A stretch of 41,802 bases of DNA from a virus. This document shows positions 7,810 through 17,089 of this stretch, one piece after another. The stretch spans positions 1 through 41,802 of the IMG/VR virus record IMGVR_UViG_3300026549_000013, one strand, 5' to 3'. How positions within the stretch are numbered: position 1 is the first letter of the stretch; each line of letters starts with the position of its first letter. The notes beneath the pieces are model-generated. The model made no database searches. It had not been told where the DNA came from and worked only from the letters and a program-made list of their open reading frames with translations. A program made the translations under genes and the position numbers.

Positions 7810-7956
7810 AAAGTTCGCGGGGAAACTGTCGAAGAGGGGGTTTCTCACGCAGAAACTCCAAAAATGAGATTTTTGGAGTTGAAATTTACAAAAAAATCGC
7901 AAAAACAGAAGTCAAAACACAAATAAAAAGCAAATAACCAAAACGGAGAATTTGAC
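7810..7956. other. Non-coding A-tract-rich region with an 11-bp-stem hairpin (7855-7879); candidate cos/pac or promoter region
   Basis: Hairpin actccaaaaat-gag-atttttggagt. A-runs at about 7890, 7901, 7914, 7925 and 7940 are spaced roughly one helical turn apart. Confidence 0.35.
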
Positions 7957-8562
7957 ATGGCTTATCTTTTTGAAGATGACAAAAGCAAAGTGAATCTTTC
8001 GGAAGCATTGACCGGCGACGCAGAAGCCAGGGCCGCGCTGATCGACGCGCTGTATCCGGTCGGGGCTGTCTATGCGACGGGATCCAATGTCAATCCTGCG
8101 GGGACGCTGGGTGGAACATGGGAACTGATTCATAAGCGCTTCAGGCGGCGGACGGTCAGCAACTGTGGGGCATGGAACAACACGAACACCAAATATCTGG
8201 ACGGCAGTCCCAGATTCGCCGACGCGATAATCGACGGCGAAAAGGTCCAGATCCGGCTTGTGTGGTTCAACAAAGTCCGATACGCGGAAGAATCGCTGCC
8301 TATCATCACATTGGATCTGTCCATGCTTGGACTTAGTGGGATATATCAGCAGTTCGCAATCGCCCAGGCACCGAATCTTGATTCGGTCCTGCCGCTTTCG
8401 ATCGCAAACAACGGGATCATCACACTGACAGACACGATCTATAAAGGCAGCGCGCCGACAGCGCTGAATTCGCAGTGTTCCGTGACATTCGACCTGCAGT
8501 TCGCGCCATCAAGCATGCTTGACAGCGCGTGCGATGAATTCGTCTGGAAGCGCACAGCATGA
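7957..8562 (+). CDS. Tail-fibre/receptor-binding-like protein in the packaging module (201 aa)
   Basis: LYPVGAVYATGSNVNPAGTLGGTWELI matches the YPVGSIY...GGTWE motif I associate with phage fibre/baseplate head domains. This is recollection only. Confidence 0.5.
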   Translation: MAYLFEDDKSKVNLSEALTGDAEARAALIDALYPVGAVYATGSNVNPAGTLGGTWELIHKRFRRRTVSNCGAWNNTNTKYLDGSPRFADAIIDGEKVQIRLVWFNKVRYAEESLPIITLDLSMLGLSGIYQQFAIAQAPNLDSVLPLSIANNGIITLTDTIYKGSAPTALNSQCSVTFDLQFAPSSMLDSACDEFVWKRTA

Positions 8563-8858
8563 CCAGGAAGGAAGAGCTTCTGGAAGCGGTACACGGAAAC
8601 ACGCTGCTGATCCCGCTTGTGAATGACATGGTCTATCTGGAAGAACAGTTGGAATACCTTCAGACGCTGCCGAAGATCCGGATCCATCCGGATGACCCGT
8701 CAAAGCAGAAGGCGACGCCGGCGGCGAAGCTGTATAAAGAACTGCTTCAGCAGTACACCAACATCGTAAAAGTCATGCTGCGTGCGACAGGGTCAGAAGA
8801 CATCGAAGAAGAAAGCCCGCTTCGGAAGTGGATGAATGAGCATGTTGATCAATCATAA
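8559..8858 (+). CDS. Possible P27-family-like terminase small subunit (99 aa)
   Basis: Overlaps the TerL start. HPDDPSKQKATPAAKLYKELLQQYTNIVKVML resembles the C-terminal half of P27-type TerS. The HNH + TerS + TerL + HK97 module context supports it. Confidence 0.4.
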   Translation: MTRKEELLEAVHGNTLLIPLVNDMVYLEEQLEYLQTLPKIRIHPDDPSKQKATPAAKLYKELLQQYTNIVKVMLRATGSEDIEEESPLRKWMNEHVDQS

Positions 8859-10569
8859 AACAATATGGACGCCGGACAACAGCTTTCTTCTGGAATACAA
8901 AGAGCGCTGTGAATGCGGTGAATTCATCATCGGACAGGACCTGGCGATCGAGCTGGAAAACCTTGCCGAAGACCTGCAGAACGACCGTTACTTCTACGAC
9001 ACGGACGATGCGCTTCTGCGCATGGACTTCATGGAAAACTGTATAAGGCTGACAAAGTCGCCTTACTACAACAAACCAATGAAGTTGATGCTGTGGCAGC
9101 GGGCATTCATCGAAGCGACATACAGCTTCAAGATGTCGGAGACAACAAAACGTCGATTCCAGAAGATCATCTTCCTGATCGCAAGAAAAAACACGAAGTC
9201 GGAGACGTGCAGCGCGCTGGGCCTTACAGAATTCTTTCTGGGCAATCCCGGCGCGGACATAGTCGCGTCATCAAACGACGATGCGCAGGCATCAATCATC
9301 TATGACGCGATCGACACGATGCGCCTTCTGATCGATCCGGACAGCAAGGACACAAAACGGAATCAGCGTTTCATCCTGAACAAAGCGACAAACACGAAGA
9401 TCTTCAAATTGTCGGACCGGACAAAGAACAAGGAAGGCCGGAACATCGATGAAGCCTTCCTGGACGAAGCGCATGAGATGAAGACAAATGTCATAGCAAA
9501 GTCAATTGAGCAGTCACAGTCCCTAAAGGATGAGCCGCTCTTTTTTATTTTGACGACAGAAGGATTTGTGATCGACGGATATCTGGACGAAGAGCTGAAA
9601 AAGGCGCACGCGGTGATCAACCGTGAAGATCCGGACGATCCTGCAGCAGAAAGGCTTCTTCCGTGGCTCTACACACAGGATTCAGAAATGGAGATCTGGA
9701 CAGGCGACAGGCGGAACAGATTATGGATGAAGTCAAATCCGACGCTGGGCATTGTCAAGAAATGGGAGTACCTGGAACAGCAGGTGGCCACAGCGAAGAA
9801 GTCTAAAGCGGACCGAATTTTCGTCTTGTGCAAGGACTTCAACATCAAACAGAACGCAGCGGAAGCCTGGCTGAATATGGAAGACTATGACTATGAATGC
9901 GCATTCGATCCGGAAGACTTCCGCGGTTCCATCGCCCTGGGCGCGGTCGACCTTGCAGAAACAACGGACCTTGTGGCGGCAAAGGTACTGATCATGAAGC
10001 CGGATGATCCGCACAAATATGTTTTGTCTCATTACTTCATTCCGGAATCGAAGCTAGAAGACAGCAACGACAAACAGTGCGGCGCGGAATACGAAACCTG
10101 GGCAGCGGCCGGACAGATGACGATAACTGAAGGAAACGACGTGGATCTGGCACAGGTCGCGGACTGGTTCTGGAAGTTATTCGACGAATACGGGATCAAG
10201 CTGTGGAAATGCGGATATGATCAGCGATTCTCAAAAGACTGGATATCGCGCATGGAGTATTACGGATGGATGAAGACGGGCGGCGATGATTCGGACCTGA
10301 TAATGATCAACCAGAACGCGCAGACGCTGTCGAACGCGATCCGACTGTGCGAAGCAGATCTGAAGAAACAGCTTGTCAGATACAACGATCATCCGGTCGA
10401 TCGCTGGTGCTTGGGAAATGCAGGAATCAAGGTAGACGATCACAATCTGTGCCTGATCGTCAAAATGCAGACAGGAAAGCGCATTGATGGCGCTGTATGT
10501 CTTGCGATCCTCTATGAGACATACAGACGGCTCAGGACGGACTACAAGACAGCAATCGGAGGTAATTGA
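8836..10569 (+). CDS. terL: Terminase large subunit
   Basis: 577 aa; ATPase Walker B-like FLDEAHEM; nuclease-domain GAVDLAETTDL; position upstream of the portal gene. Confidence 0.9.
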   Translation: MSMLINHKTIWTPDNSFLLEYKERCECGEFIIGQDLAIELENLAEDLQNDRYFYDTDDALLRMDFMENCIRLTKSPYYNKPMKLMLWQRAFIEATYSFKMSETTKRRFQKIIFLIARKNTKSETCSALGLTEFFLGNPGADIVASSNDDAQASIIYDAIDTMRLLIDPDSKDTKRNQRFILNKATNTKIFKLSDRTKNKEGRNIDEAFLDEAHEMKTNVIAKSIEQSQSLKDEPLFFILTTEGFVIDGYLDEELKKAHAVINREDPDDPAAERLLPWLYTQDSEMEIWTGDRRNRLWMKSNPTLGIVKKWEYLEQQVATAKKSKADRIFVLCKDFNIKQNAAEAWLNMEDYDYECAFDPEDFRGSIALGAVDLAETTDLVAAKVLIMKPDDPHKYVLSHYFIPESKLEDSNDKQCGAEYETWAAAGQMTITEGNDVDLAQVADWFWKLFDEYGIKLWKCGYDQRFSKDWISRMEYYGWMKTGGDDSDLIMINQNAQTLSNAIRLCEADLKKQLVRYNDHPVDRWCLGNAGIKVDDHNLCLIVKMQTGKRIDGAVCLAILYETYRRLRTDYKTAIGGN

Positions 10570-10572
10570 TAT

Positions 10573-11832
10573 ATGGGCTGGCTTGATAAGCTCTTTCACC
10601 GGCAGCCGCGTGAATCCAAATTCGCGCGGACGCTGAACGGACTGGCGCCGGTTTACACGCAATTTGGTACAAACATCTATGCATCGGACGTCGTACAGCA
10701 GGCGCTGGCATGCATTGTCGACGAAGTCAAAAAACTGAATCCGCAGCACATCAGGATCGTGGACAACGATCCTGTGCCGATCAGCACAAGCACAGTGCAG
10801 GCAGTGCTGAACGATCCGAATGCGGTGATGACGACAGCCGAATTTCTGGAAAAGATCACATGGCTTTTGCTGCTGAATTACAACGCATTTGTAATTCCGA
10901 CATACAGAACATGGACAGACAGGAACACCGGCGAAGAGCGGCGCTATTATGAAGCGCTGTATCCGATAAAGCCGACGCAGGTCAACTTCATCCAGGATTC
11001 ATCGGGTCGTATGTACGTTCAGTTCTTCTTTGAATCTGGATACAGTACAACAGTTCCTTACGACGATGTGATCCACATCAAATATCACTATTCCGTAAGT
11101 GAATTCATGGGCGGCGACTGGAACGGACAGCCGGATCACGGACCGCTTCTAGAAACGCTGAACCTTAACGAGGAGATGCTGAAGGGCATCGCAAAGGCGA
11201 TGAACGCAAGCTACGCGATCAACGGCGTGATCAAGTACAACACGCTTCTGGACCAGGGCAAAACAGAAAAGGCGCTGCAGGAGCTGACAGAGCATCTGCA
11301 GAACAGCGAAAGCGGATTCCTTCCGATCGACCTGAAAGCAGAATTTGTGCCGCTCAAACGGGACACGAAGCTGATCGACGCTGACACGCTGAAGTTCATG
11401 GATGAAAAGATCCTGCGCAATTGGGGCGTGCCGCTTGCGATCCTGCGCGGCGACTACAACAAAGTCCAATACGCAGCATTCTACCAGAAGACGCTGGAGC
11501 CTTTGATCATCACGATCTCACAGGCCTTCACGAAGAAAATGTTCACAAAGCGGGAAAAGTCATTCGGGAACAAGATCCAGTTATACCCGAAGGACCTTGT
11601 CTTTATGACGGTAGACCAGACGATCGAGATGGTCACGCTATTGGCCAACACAGGCGCGATTTTTGAGAACGAAAAGCGCGTAGCATTCGGCCTGCGTCCT
11701 CTTCCGGAACTGGAAGGCAAACGCTATATGTCGCTTAACTGGATAGATTCAAATCAGGAAGCTGCATACAGAGCATCAGGCAACGTGAAGACGGAAGTCA
11801 TCGACGAAGAAGAAACAAATGAGGATATCTGA
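10573..11832 (+). CDS. Portal protein (HK97 family-like)
   Basis: 419 aa between TerL and the prohead protease; acidic C-terminus. Confidence 0.85.
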   Translation: MGWLDKLFHRQPRESKFARTLNGLAPVYTQFGTNIYASDVVQQALACIVDEVKKLNPQHIRIVDNDPVPISTSTVQAVLNDPNAVMTTAEFLEKITWLLLLNYNAFVIPTYRTWTDRNTGEERRYYEALYPIKPTQVNFIQDSSGRMYVQFFFESGYSTTVPYDDVIHIKYHYSVSEFMGGDWNGQPDHGPLLETLNLNEEMLKGIAKAMNASYAINGVIKYNTLLDQGKTEKALQELTEHLQNSESGFLPIDLKAEFVPLKRDTKLIDADTLKFMDEKILRNWGVPLAILRGDYNKVQYAAFYQKTLEPLIITISQAFTKKMFTKREKSFGNKIQLYPKDLVFMTVDQTIEMVTLLANTGAIFENEKRVAFGLRPLPELEGKRYMSLNWIDSNQEAAYRASGNVKTEVIDEEETNEDI

Positions 11833-11833
11833 C

Positions 11834-12478
11834 ATGAACAGGAACAAGCTTGAGAGACGCAACCTGACGTTTGAGGTCAGAGCGGAAGACCAGGACGGCG
11901 GACACATCCTGACGGGCCGTCCGGTCGTGTACAACAGCAGGACGGACATCGGACCATTTGACGAGATTATTGAACCGGGCGCGTTAGATCGCACAGATCT
12001 GACAGACGTCCGGTTTTTAGTTAATCACAATTTGTCGATGATCCCGCTTGCACGATCCCGACGGAACAACGGAAACAGCACTATGCAGCTGTCAGTAGAC
12101 GCGCAGGGTCTGAGCCTTGACCGCGCGGATCTGGATATTGAGAACAACGCAGACGCAAGGGCGCTTTACAGCGCTGTCCAGCGCGGTGACATCACCGGCA
12201 TGTCCATGTTGTTCTCCGTAACCGACGAAGAATGGGAAGGCCTGGAAACAGAGCATCCCACACGCCGGATCAAAGAAATCGGCTCAATCGTAGAGATAAG
12301 CGCGGTGATCTTCCCCGCTTACGATGCGACAGCAATAAATGCACGCGGAAAGGATGCGCTGGAGAGCGCACAGGCGACGCTGGAGAGCGAACGCCAGAAA
12401 CGTGGCGCCGAAGTGGAGACTTCGGCCGAACTGGAACTGGAAAAAGCTAAATTAGAGATGAGGAGATTAAGAGCATGA
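11834..12478 (+). CDS. Prohead maturation protease (HK97/S78-like)
   Basis: FEVRAE...GHILTGRPVVYNS...FDEIIEPGALD...VRFLVNHN pattern. ATG 11834 is in frame with the track ORF at 11819. Confidence 0.85.
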   Translation: MNRNKLERRNLTFEVRAEDQDGGHILTGRPVVYNSRTDIGPFDEIIEPGALDRTDLTDVRFLVNHNLSMIPLARSRRNNGNSTMQLSVDAQGLSLDRADLDIENNADARALYSAVQRGDITGMSMLFSVTDEEWEGLETEHPTRRIKEIGSIVEISAVIFPAYDATAINARGKDALESAQATLESERQKRGAEVETSAELELEKAKLEMRRLRA

Positions 12479-13794
12479 GAAAGAAAGTGCTTGAGAAAAG
12501 GCTGCAGAGACTGCAGCAGAGAAGACAGACTCTTTTCACACGTGGTCAGGAGTCTCAGGACGTCGCAGAAGTAAGAGCGATCAATCAGCAGATCGCAGAG
12601 CTGGATGAAGATATCAGAGACATCCAGGATGAGATCGATGCGATCGACGCAGACGAAGCAGCAGAAAACAGATCTGCGCAGAATCCCGTAAGCGTAAGCG
12701 ATCCGGTCCCTGCCAATGCACAGTCCGTCAACGGCGGCATCGTCGGCAGCTTCACACAGAACGGCGCACAGCCCCAGCAGAGATCTGAGGAAGCACCGCT
12801 TGAGTCCCTGGAATACAGACGCGCATTCATGGCATATGTGATGCGCGGAACAGCTATTCCGGACACATATCGCCCGGCGATCGACGAAGCAACTGCTGAG
12901 CTGAGACAGACAGCGATCAACACAGCCGACACAGGCGTAGCGATCCCGATCACCGTCATGAACGAAGTGATCAACACGGTAAGAAAGAGATACGGCAACC
13001 TTTACAGCAAAGTCAGAAAGCTGAACGTACCCGGTGGCGTACGTATCCCGATCGGATCCCTTCAGGCGACCTTCAAGTGGATCGGTGAGTCCACAGTCAG
13101 CCCCAGACAGAAGACTGACAAGCTGGGGGTTGTGTCATTCAACTATAACGCAGCAGAGATCAGACTGGCGCAGACTTTCCTGTCCAGAGTCCTGACTCTT
13201 TCCGCGTTTGAAGCAAAGCTGACAGAAGTTATTGCGGTAGCATATCTGCAGGCAATGGATCAGGGAATCGTCAATGGTTCCGGCGTTGGAAGCATGCTGG
13301 GCATCCTGAATGATGCACGCGTGACCAATACGATCACCATGACAGCCGCACAGCTCAACAACTGGAAGGCATGGCGCAAAGACTTCTTCGCGAAGCTTCC
13401 GCTGGGATACAGAGCAGGCGAATTCATTTTCCCGCTTTCCACAGTCGAGTCATATCTGGAGACTATGTCCGATGACAACAATAACCCGATCTTCCGCCAG
13501 GCGACCGGCCTTGAAGTCAATGACGGCGATGTCAGAAATCCCAATGGCCGCTTCTTCGGCCGTGATATCAGCCTGGTCGAGCCTGATGTGCTGCCTGACT
13601 TCGACACGGCACAGGCCGGTGATGTAGTAGGCATCTTCTGGCAGCCCAATGAATACGCGATCAACGAGAACTTCGGATTCGCGATGCGCAAATACTTCGA
13701 CGAAGAAACGAACGAGTGGGTCGACAAGGCGCTGACCGTAGTCGACGGCAAGGTCCTGAATCCCACAGGATTCTACAAGATCATCAAAGGATAA
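12475..13794 (+). CDS. Major capsid protein (HK97 fold) with N-terminal coiled-coil delta domain
   Basis: 439 aa immediately after the protease; charged coiled-coil N-terminus. Confidence 0.85.
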   Translation: MRKKVLEKRLQRLQQRRQTLFTRGQESQDVAEVRAINQQIAELDEDIRDIQDEIDAIDADEAAENRSAQNPVSVSDPVPANAQSVNGGIVGSFTQNGAQPQQRSEEAPLESLEYRRAFMAYVMRGTAIPDTYRPAIDEATAELRQTAINTADTGVAIPITVMNEVINTVRKRYGNLYSKVRKLNVPGGVRIPIGSLQATFKWIGESTVSPRQKTDKLGVVSFNYNAAEIRLAQTFLSRVLTLSAFEAKLTEVIAVAYLQAMDQGIVNGSGVGSMLGILNDARVTNTITMTAAQLNNWKAWRKDFFAKLPLGYRAGEFIFPLSTVESYLETMSDDNNNPIFRQATGLEVNDGDVRNPNGRFFGRDISLVEPDVLPDFDTAQAGDVVGIFWQPNEYAINENFGFAMRKYFDEETNEWVDKALTVVDGKVLNPTGFYKIIKG

Positions 13795-13805
13795 GGGGGT
13801 ACATC

Positions 13806-14096
13806 ATGCCTACAAATCTGGACGGACTGAAAGCTATTTACGAAGCACTGGGCGGCCAGGCGGATGATGTGACCAGCGTAGACACAAATGCAGACATGCT
13901 GATGAAGATCGCGGCCCTGATCGCGGCAGGCGCACTGCCGCCCGTCACCGCGGCCGACAACGGCAAAGTGCTGATGGTCAAGAATGGTAAATGGGAGCCT
14001 GGCATCATTCCGGATGAACTTCCGGAAGTAACTGTGGAAGACAACGGCAAGATCCTGAAGGTAGTTAACGCCGAATGGGCTGTCGCCACCAATTGA
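13806..14096 (+). CDS. Small head-associated protein (96 aa) with a duplicated DNGK-L-V-N-W motif
   Basis: ATG 13806 after GGGGG. PPVTAADNGKVLMVKNGKWEPG and PEVTVEDNGKILKVVNAEWAV form an internal repeat. Position is directly after the capsid gene. Confidence 0.55.
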   Translation: MPTNLDGLKAIYEALGGQADDVTSVDTNADMLMKIAALIAAGALPPVTAADNGKVLMVKNGKWEPGIIPDELPEVTVEDNGKILKVVNAEWAVATN

Positions 14097-14108
14097 GAGG
14101 AGTAAATC

Positions 14109-14468
14109 ATGATCAATAAAGACAGAATCGTTCCGGTGATGAGAAGTGATCTTCTCACGCTTCTGGGAACAATGATGAAGCTGGCAGGAACAACTGTGAC
14201 AGCTGTGGAAGCTGCGGATGTAGCAACATTCAATATGACAAGCGGAAGCGGAAACGTGATCGCCAATGAGCCGGTCAAAACATTCAATTTTGCTTCCGCA
14301 GTAACGGCAGCAGTCGTTTATTTTATCCCCGACTATGACTATCAGGGATTCAGCATTAACGGCACAGCTGTAACGGCAGCGGGCGTTGAGGTCGTTCCGG
14401 ACGGATGCACGCTGTACAAAGCGACGCTTGCAAGCGGCGCGGTGACGATCGCGAAGGTGGGATTCTGA
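14109..14468 (+). CDS. Hypothetical structural protein (119 aa)
   Basis: ORF track; position in the head module. Confidence 0.55.
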   Translation: MINKDRIVPVMRSDLLTLLGTMMKLAGTTVTAVEAADVATFNMTSGSGNVIANEPVKTFNFASAVTAAVVYFIPDYDYQGFSINGTAVTAAGVEVVPDGCTLYKATLASGAVTIAKVGF

Positions 14469-14477
14469 GGTAAGGCA

Positions 14478-14720
14478 ATGGAAGTGACGCTTGAAAACGT
14501 GATGACCGCGATGGGCATCACAGGGGATTACCAGACGGACACGATCCGTCCGTATTTTGATGAAGTCATCGACTTTCTGAAAGATTCGGGCGTCGCAGAA
14601 GGCAATATCACGCTGGGACTGGTGACGCGCGGAACATCAGACCTTTGGAATTATGGCGGCGGCGACGGAAAGCTGTCGCCTTACTTCTACCAGCGGGCCG
14701 CGCAGCTGGCGTACAAGTGA
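14478..14720 (+). CDS. Head-tail connector (gp6-like)
   Basis: Size, position and general pattern only. Confidence 0.5.
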   Translation: MEVTLENVMTAMGITGDYQTDTIRPYFDEVIDFLKDSGVAEGNITLGLVTRGTSDLWNYGGGDGKLSPYFYQRAAQLAYK

Positions 14721-14727
14721 GGTAAAA

Positions 14728-15075
14728 ATGCGTAGAAGATTCGTTCCATCGACGCCTTTCTCGACGCCGGTGATGCTGATGATCCCGACATACACGAAAG
14801 TCAAAGGCGTTGACACAAAGACATTCACGGACGAAGAAAGGATTAATTGCTCTTTCAAGTCATTCGGCGGGACCGAACAGACGACCAATGATCTGTACAC
14901 AGTCATTGATACGGCATACGTGGAAACATGGTATAGGCCCGACATCAAGTCGGACTGCAGGATCCGCGTTATGGAGACGGGGAAGGTCTATGAGATCCTG
15001 GGAGAAGTCGAGAATATTGACATGCGAAATCAATTTGCAAAATTCAAGGTCCGCGCCGTGAAGGGGGGCGCCTGA
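14728..15075 (+). CDS. Head closure / head-tail adaptor (SPP1 gp16 / HK97 gp9-like)
   Basis: ATG 14728. C-terminal RIRVMETGKVYEILGEVENIDMRNQFAKFKV is typical of the family. Confidence 0.65.
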   Translation: MRRRFVPSTPFSTPVMLMIPTYTKVKGVDTKTFTDEERINCSFKSFGGTEQTTNDLYTVIDTAYVETWYRPDIKSDCRIRVMETGKVYEILGEVENIDMRNQFAKFKVRAVKGGA

Positions 15076-15076
15076 T

Positions 15077-15517
15077 GTGGCGAAAAGGAAGAACAGCCTG
15101 TCGATCGATTTCAGCAATTTCGCGGAATACGCGGAACGCCTGGACGAACTGAACGCGGACCTGAAAGAGATCTTCCAGGACGCAATGGAACAGGCTGCAG
15201 AGACAGTCGAATGGGACATCATGGATGCGCTTGCAGATGCGAATCTGCCTGCGCTGGGTAAATATTCACAGGGAGCGACAGAAGCATCGGTGATCAGGGA
15301 CGCCAAAGTCCAATGGCAGGGGTCTGTTGGAGAAATCCCGATCGGATTCGACAAGACGAAGCCGGGCGCCGGCGGATGGCTGATCACCGGGACGCCTAAG
15401 ATGCGTCCAGACTATAAGCTGGAAGACATTTTCAGAAGACGGAAGTACGAAAAGAAGATCATAAAGCAGATCGAAGAACATCTGCAGGAAGAGATCGATG
15501 AAAGGTTAGGTGGATGA
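15077..15517 (+). CDS. HK97 gp10-like tail-completion protein
   Basis: GTG start after AAGGGGGG; position and size. Confidence 0.5.
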   Translation: MAKRKNSLSIDFSNFAEYAERLDELNADLKEIFQDAMEQAAETVEWDIMDALADANLPALGKYSQGATEASVIRDAKVQWQGSVGEIPIGFDKTKPGAGGWLITGTPKMRPDYKLEDIFRRRKYEKKIIKQIEEHLQEEIDERLGG

Positions 15518-15852
15518 TGGAAGATAATTTGATCGAGTTATTGGAGTCATTAGGATATCCAGCGAGAAGACAGGGAAGCATGCCGGAAAGTTATCCGGAT
15601 GCTTTTTTTACTTTCTGGAACACGGATTCACCGGACCATGCACATTATGACAACAAGTCATACGGAACGGCATGGGCCTTCAATGTTTTCTTCTATGCGA
15701 CGGATCCGGCGCTGGTATACCAGATGATCAGCGCCGCCCGTGATCTGCTGAAGGATCACGGATGGGTCGTCCCATCCAAAGGATTCGACGTGGCAAGCGA
15801 CGAACCGACACACACAGGCAGAGCGATTACCGCTCAATATTTGGAAGTATAA
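15514..15852 (+). CDS. Tail terminator-like protein
   Basis: Last gene before the major tail protein; call is positional. Confidence 0.45.
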   Translation: MMEDNLIELLESLGYPARRQGSMPESYPDAFFTFWNTDSPDHAHYDNKSYGTAWAFNVFFYATDPALVYQMISAARDLLKDHGWVVPSKGFDVASDEPTHTGRAITAQYLEV

Positions 15853-15865
15853 GGAGATTCAAAAA

Positions 15866-16468
15866 ATGCCTAAGACATATTTTGAGTATCGCGGCGTATC
15901 AAACGCCGTATATGCAGAGATCACATCAGACACAGCGGAAGAATTTGTGACAGGCGTAGTCAAAGATCTGACTGGTGTGTCTGAGATCGGCAAGACCACA
16001 GACAGCGCCAATGAGACACATTATTATGACAACCTTCCTGCGATCGTTATCGATTCCGTGGGATCTGATGAGATCACGATAAACGCATCCGGCATCCCGC
16101 TTGATGTCCTTGCAGACATCACAGGACAGTATTACGACGAACAGACCGGAATGATGGTAGAGCAGGAATCCACACCAAAGTATTTTGCCTTCGGCTACAT
16201 CACAGACAAGACCGACGGAACGAAGGTCCTTGTTTGGAGGTTGAAAGGAAAATTCTCGATACCAGGCACGACATCCGCGACAAAGGACGCCGGAACAGAT
16301 GCGAATGGTCAGGAACTGACATACACAGGCATCTCTACAGTCCACAAGTTCACGAAGACAGGAAAGCCGGCACGCGCGATCAATATCGACACATCAGTCA
16401 ACAAGACGATGACCGACGCGACATTCTTCGAAAAGGTCAACACGCCCGACACGATCAAAGCATCCTGA
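15866..16468 (+). CDS. Major tail protein (phi13-family-like)
   Basis: 200 aa between the connector genes and the G/GT chaperone, followed by a strong terminator. Confidence 0.8.
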   Translation: MPKTYFEYRGVSNAVYAEITSDTAEEFVTGVVKDLTGVSEIGKTTDSANETHYYDNLPAIVIDSVGSDEITINASGIPLDVLADITGQYYDEQTGMMVEQESTPKYFAFGYITDKTDGTKVLVWRLKGKFSIPGTTSATKDAGTDANGQELTYTGISTVHKFTKTGKPARAINIDTSVNKTMTDATFFEKVNTPDTIKAS

Positions 16469-16487
16469 TCAGACTGATGAACGCACG

Positions 16488-16521
16488 AATCCCCGACGCT
16501 ATACAGTGTCGGGGATTTTTT
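16488..16521 (+). terminator. Rho-independent terminator after the major tail protein gene
   Basis: aatccccgac / gtcggggatt 10-bp stem, 10-nt loop, then TTTTTT. Confidence 0.8.
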
Positions 16522-16539
16522 GACAGAAAGGATTAAAGC

Positions 16540-16857
16540 ATGAAGATCAACGTCTATGACGACAACGACAACATCGTTAAAGTAGCGGAAGCTAAAGTGA
16601 TCGACCTTAAATTCGGAACGATCCGGTCACTGATGGAGCTGCTGAACATCGACAGCGTAGAAGACACAGGGGAGCTTCTAAAGACGGTATACGGCGCATG
16701 GGACCAGATCGTCGAGATCCTGGACAAATGCTTCCCGACCATGGAATACGGCGACTGGGAGAACGTAAAGCTTAAAGAGCTTGTGCCTGTCCTGGTTGAG
16801 ATTCTAAAGTTCTCTTTCAGTGAGATTCTGAAAGTTCCTAAAGATTCAAAAAACTGA
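16540..16857 (+). CDS. Tail assembly chaperone G
   Basis: 105-aa acidic protein directly upstream of the tape measure gene. Confidence 0.75.
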   Translation: MKINVYDDNDNIVKVAEAKVIDLKFGTIRSLMELLNIDSVEDTGELLKTVYGAWDQIVEILDKCFPTMEYGDWENVKLKELVPVLVEILKFSFSEILKVPKDSKN

Positions 16858-17078
16858 GCGACGGCGATGATGACACGCCGTTTCACAAATTGTTATTCCA
16901 GATCAACTATCAGCTGTGTAAAGAATTCACAGGCCTGACGCCTTTTGCAGTAGACGATCGGAGATACGCAGATGTCATCAAGTTATATGCAGAAGTCATT
17001 GACCTGCATGCGGAAGTGAAAAAAGCACAGGATCCAAATCGCGTGATCAGACGACGCGCGGGGGATGACTGGTTTTAA
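16540..17078 (+). CDS. Tail assembly chaperone G-T fusion via a -1 programmed frameshift (about 179 aa)
   Basis: The -1 frame is open from 16842 to 17078. The slippery heptamer sits just before the G stop codon. Confidence 0.7.
16848..16854 (+). promoter_or_regulatory. -1 frameshift slippery heptamer A_AAA_AAC
   Basis: Zero-frame codons are tca aaa aac tga. A 6-bp hairpin (16861-16866 / 16876-16881) starts 6 nt downstream. Confidence 0.7.
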
Positions 17079-17089
17079 AGGATAGAAAA

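Noticed and set aside
7855-7879. 11-bp-stem hairpin as a rho-independent terminator for the HNH/P-loop gene
   Set aside because: The stem is AT-rich and is followed by tgaaattt rather than a U-tract. I keep it only as part of the candidate cos/regulatory region.
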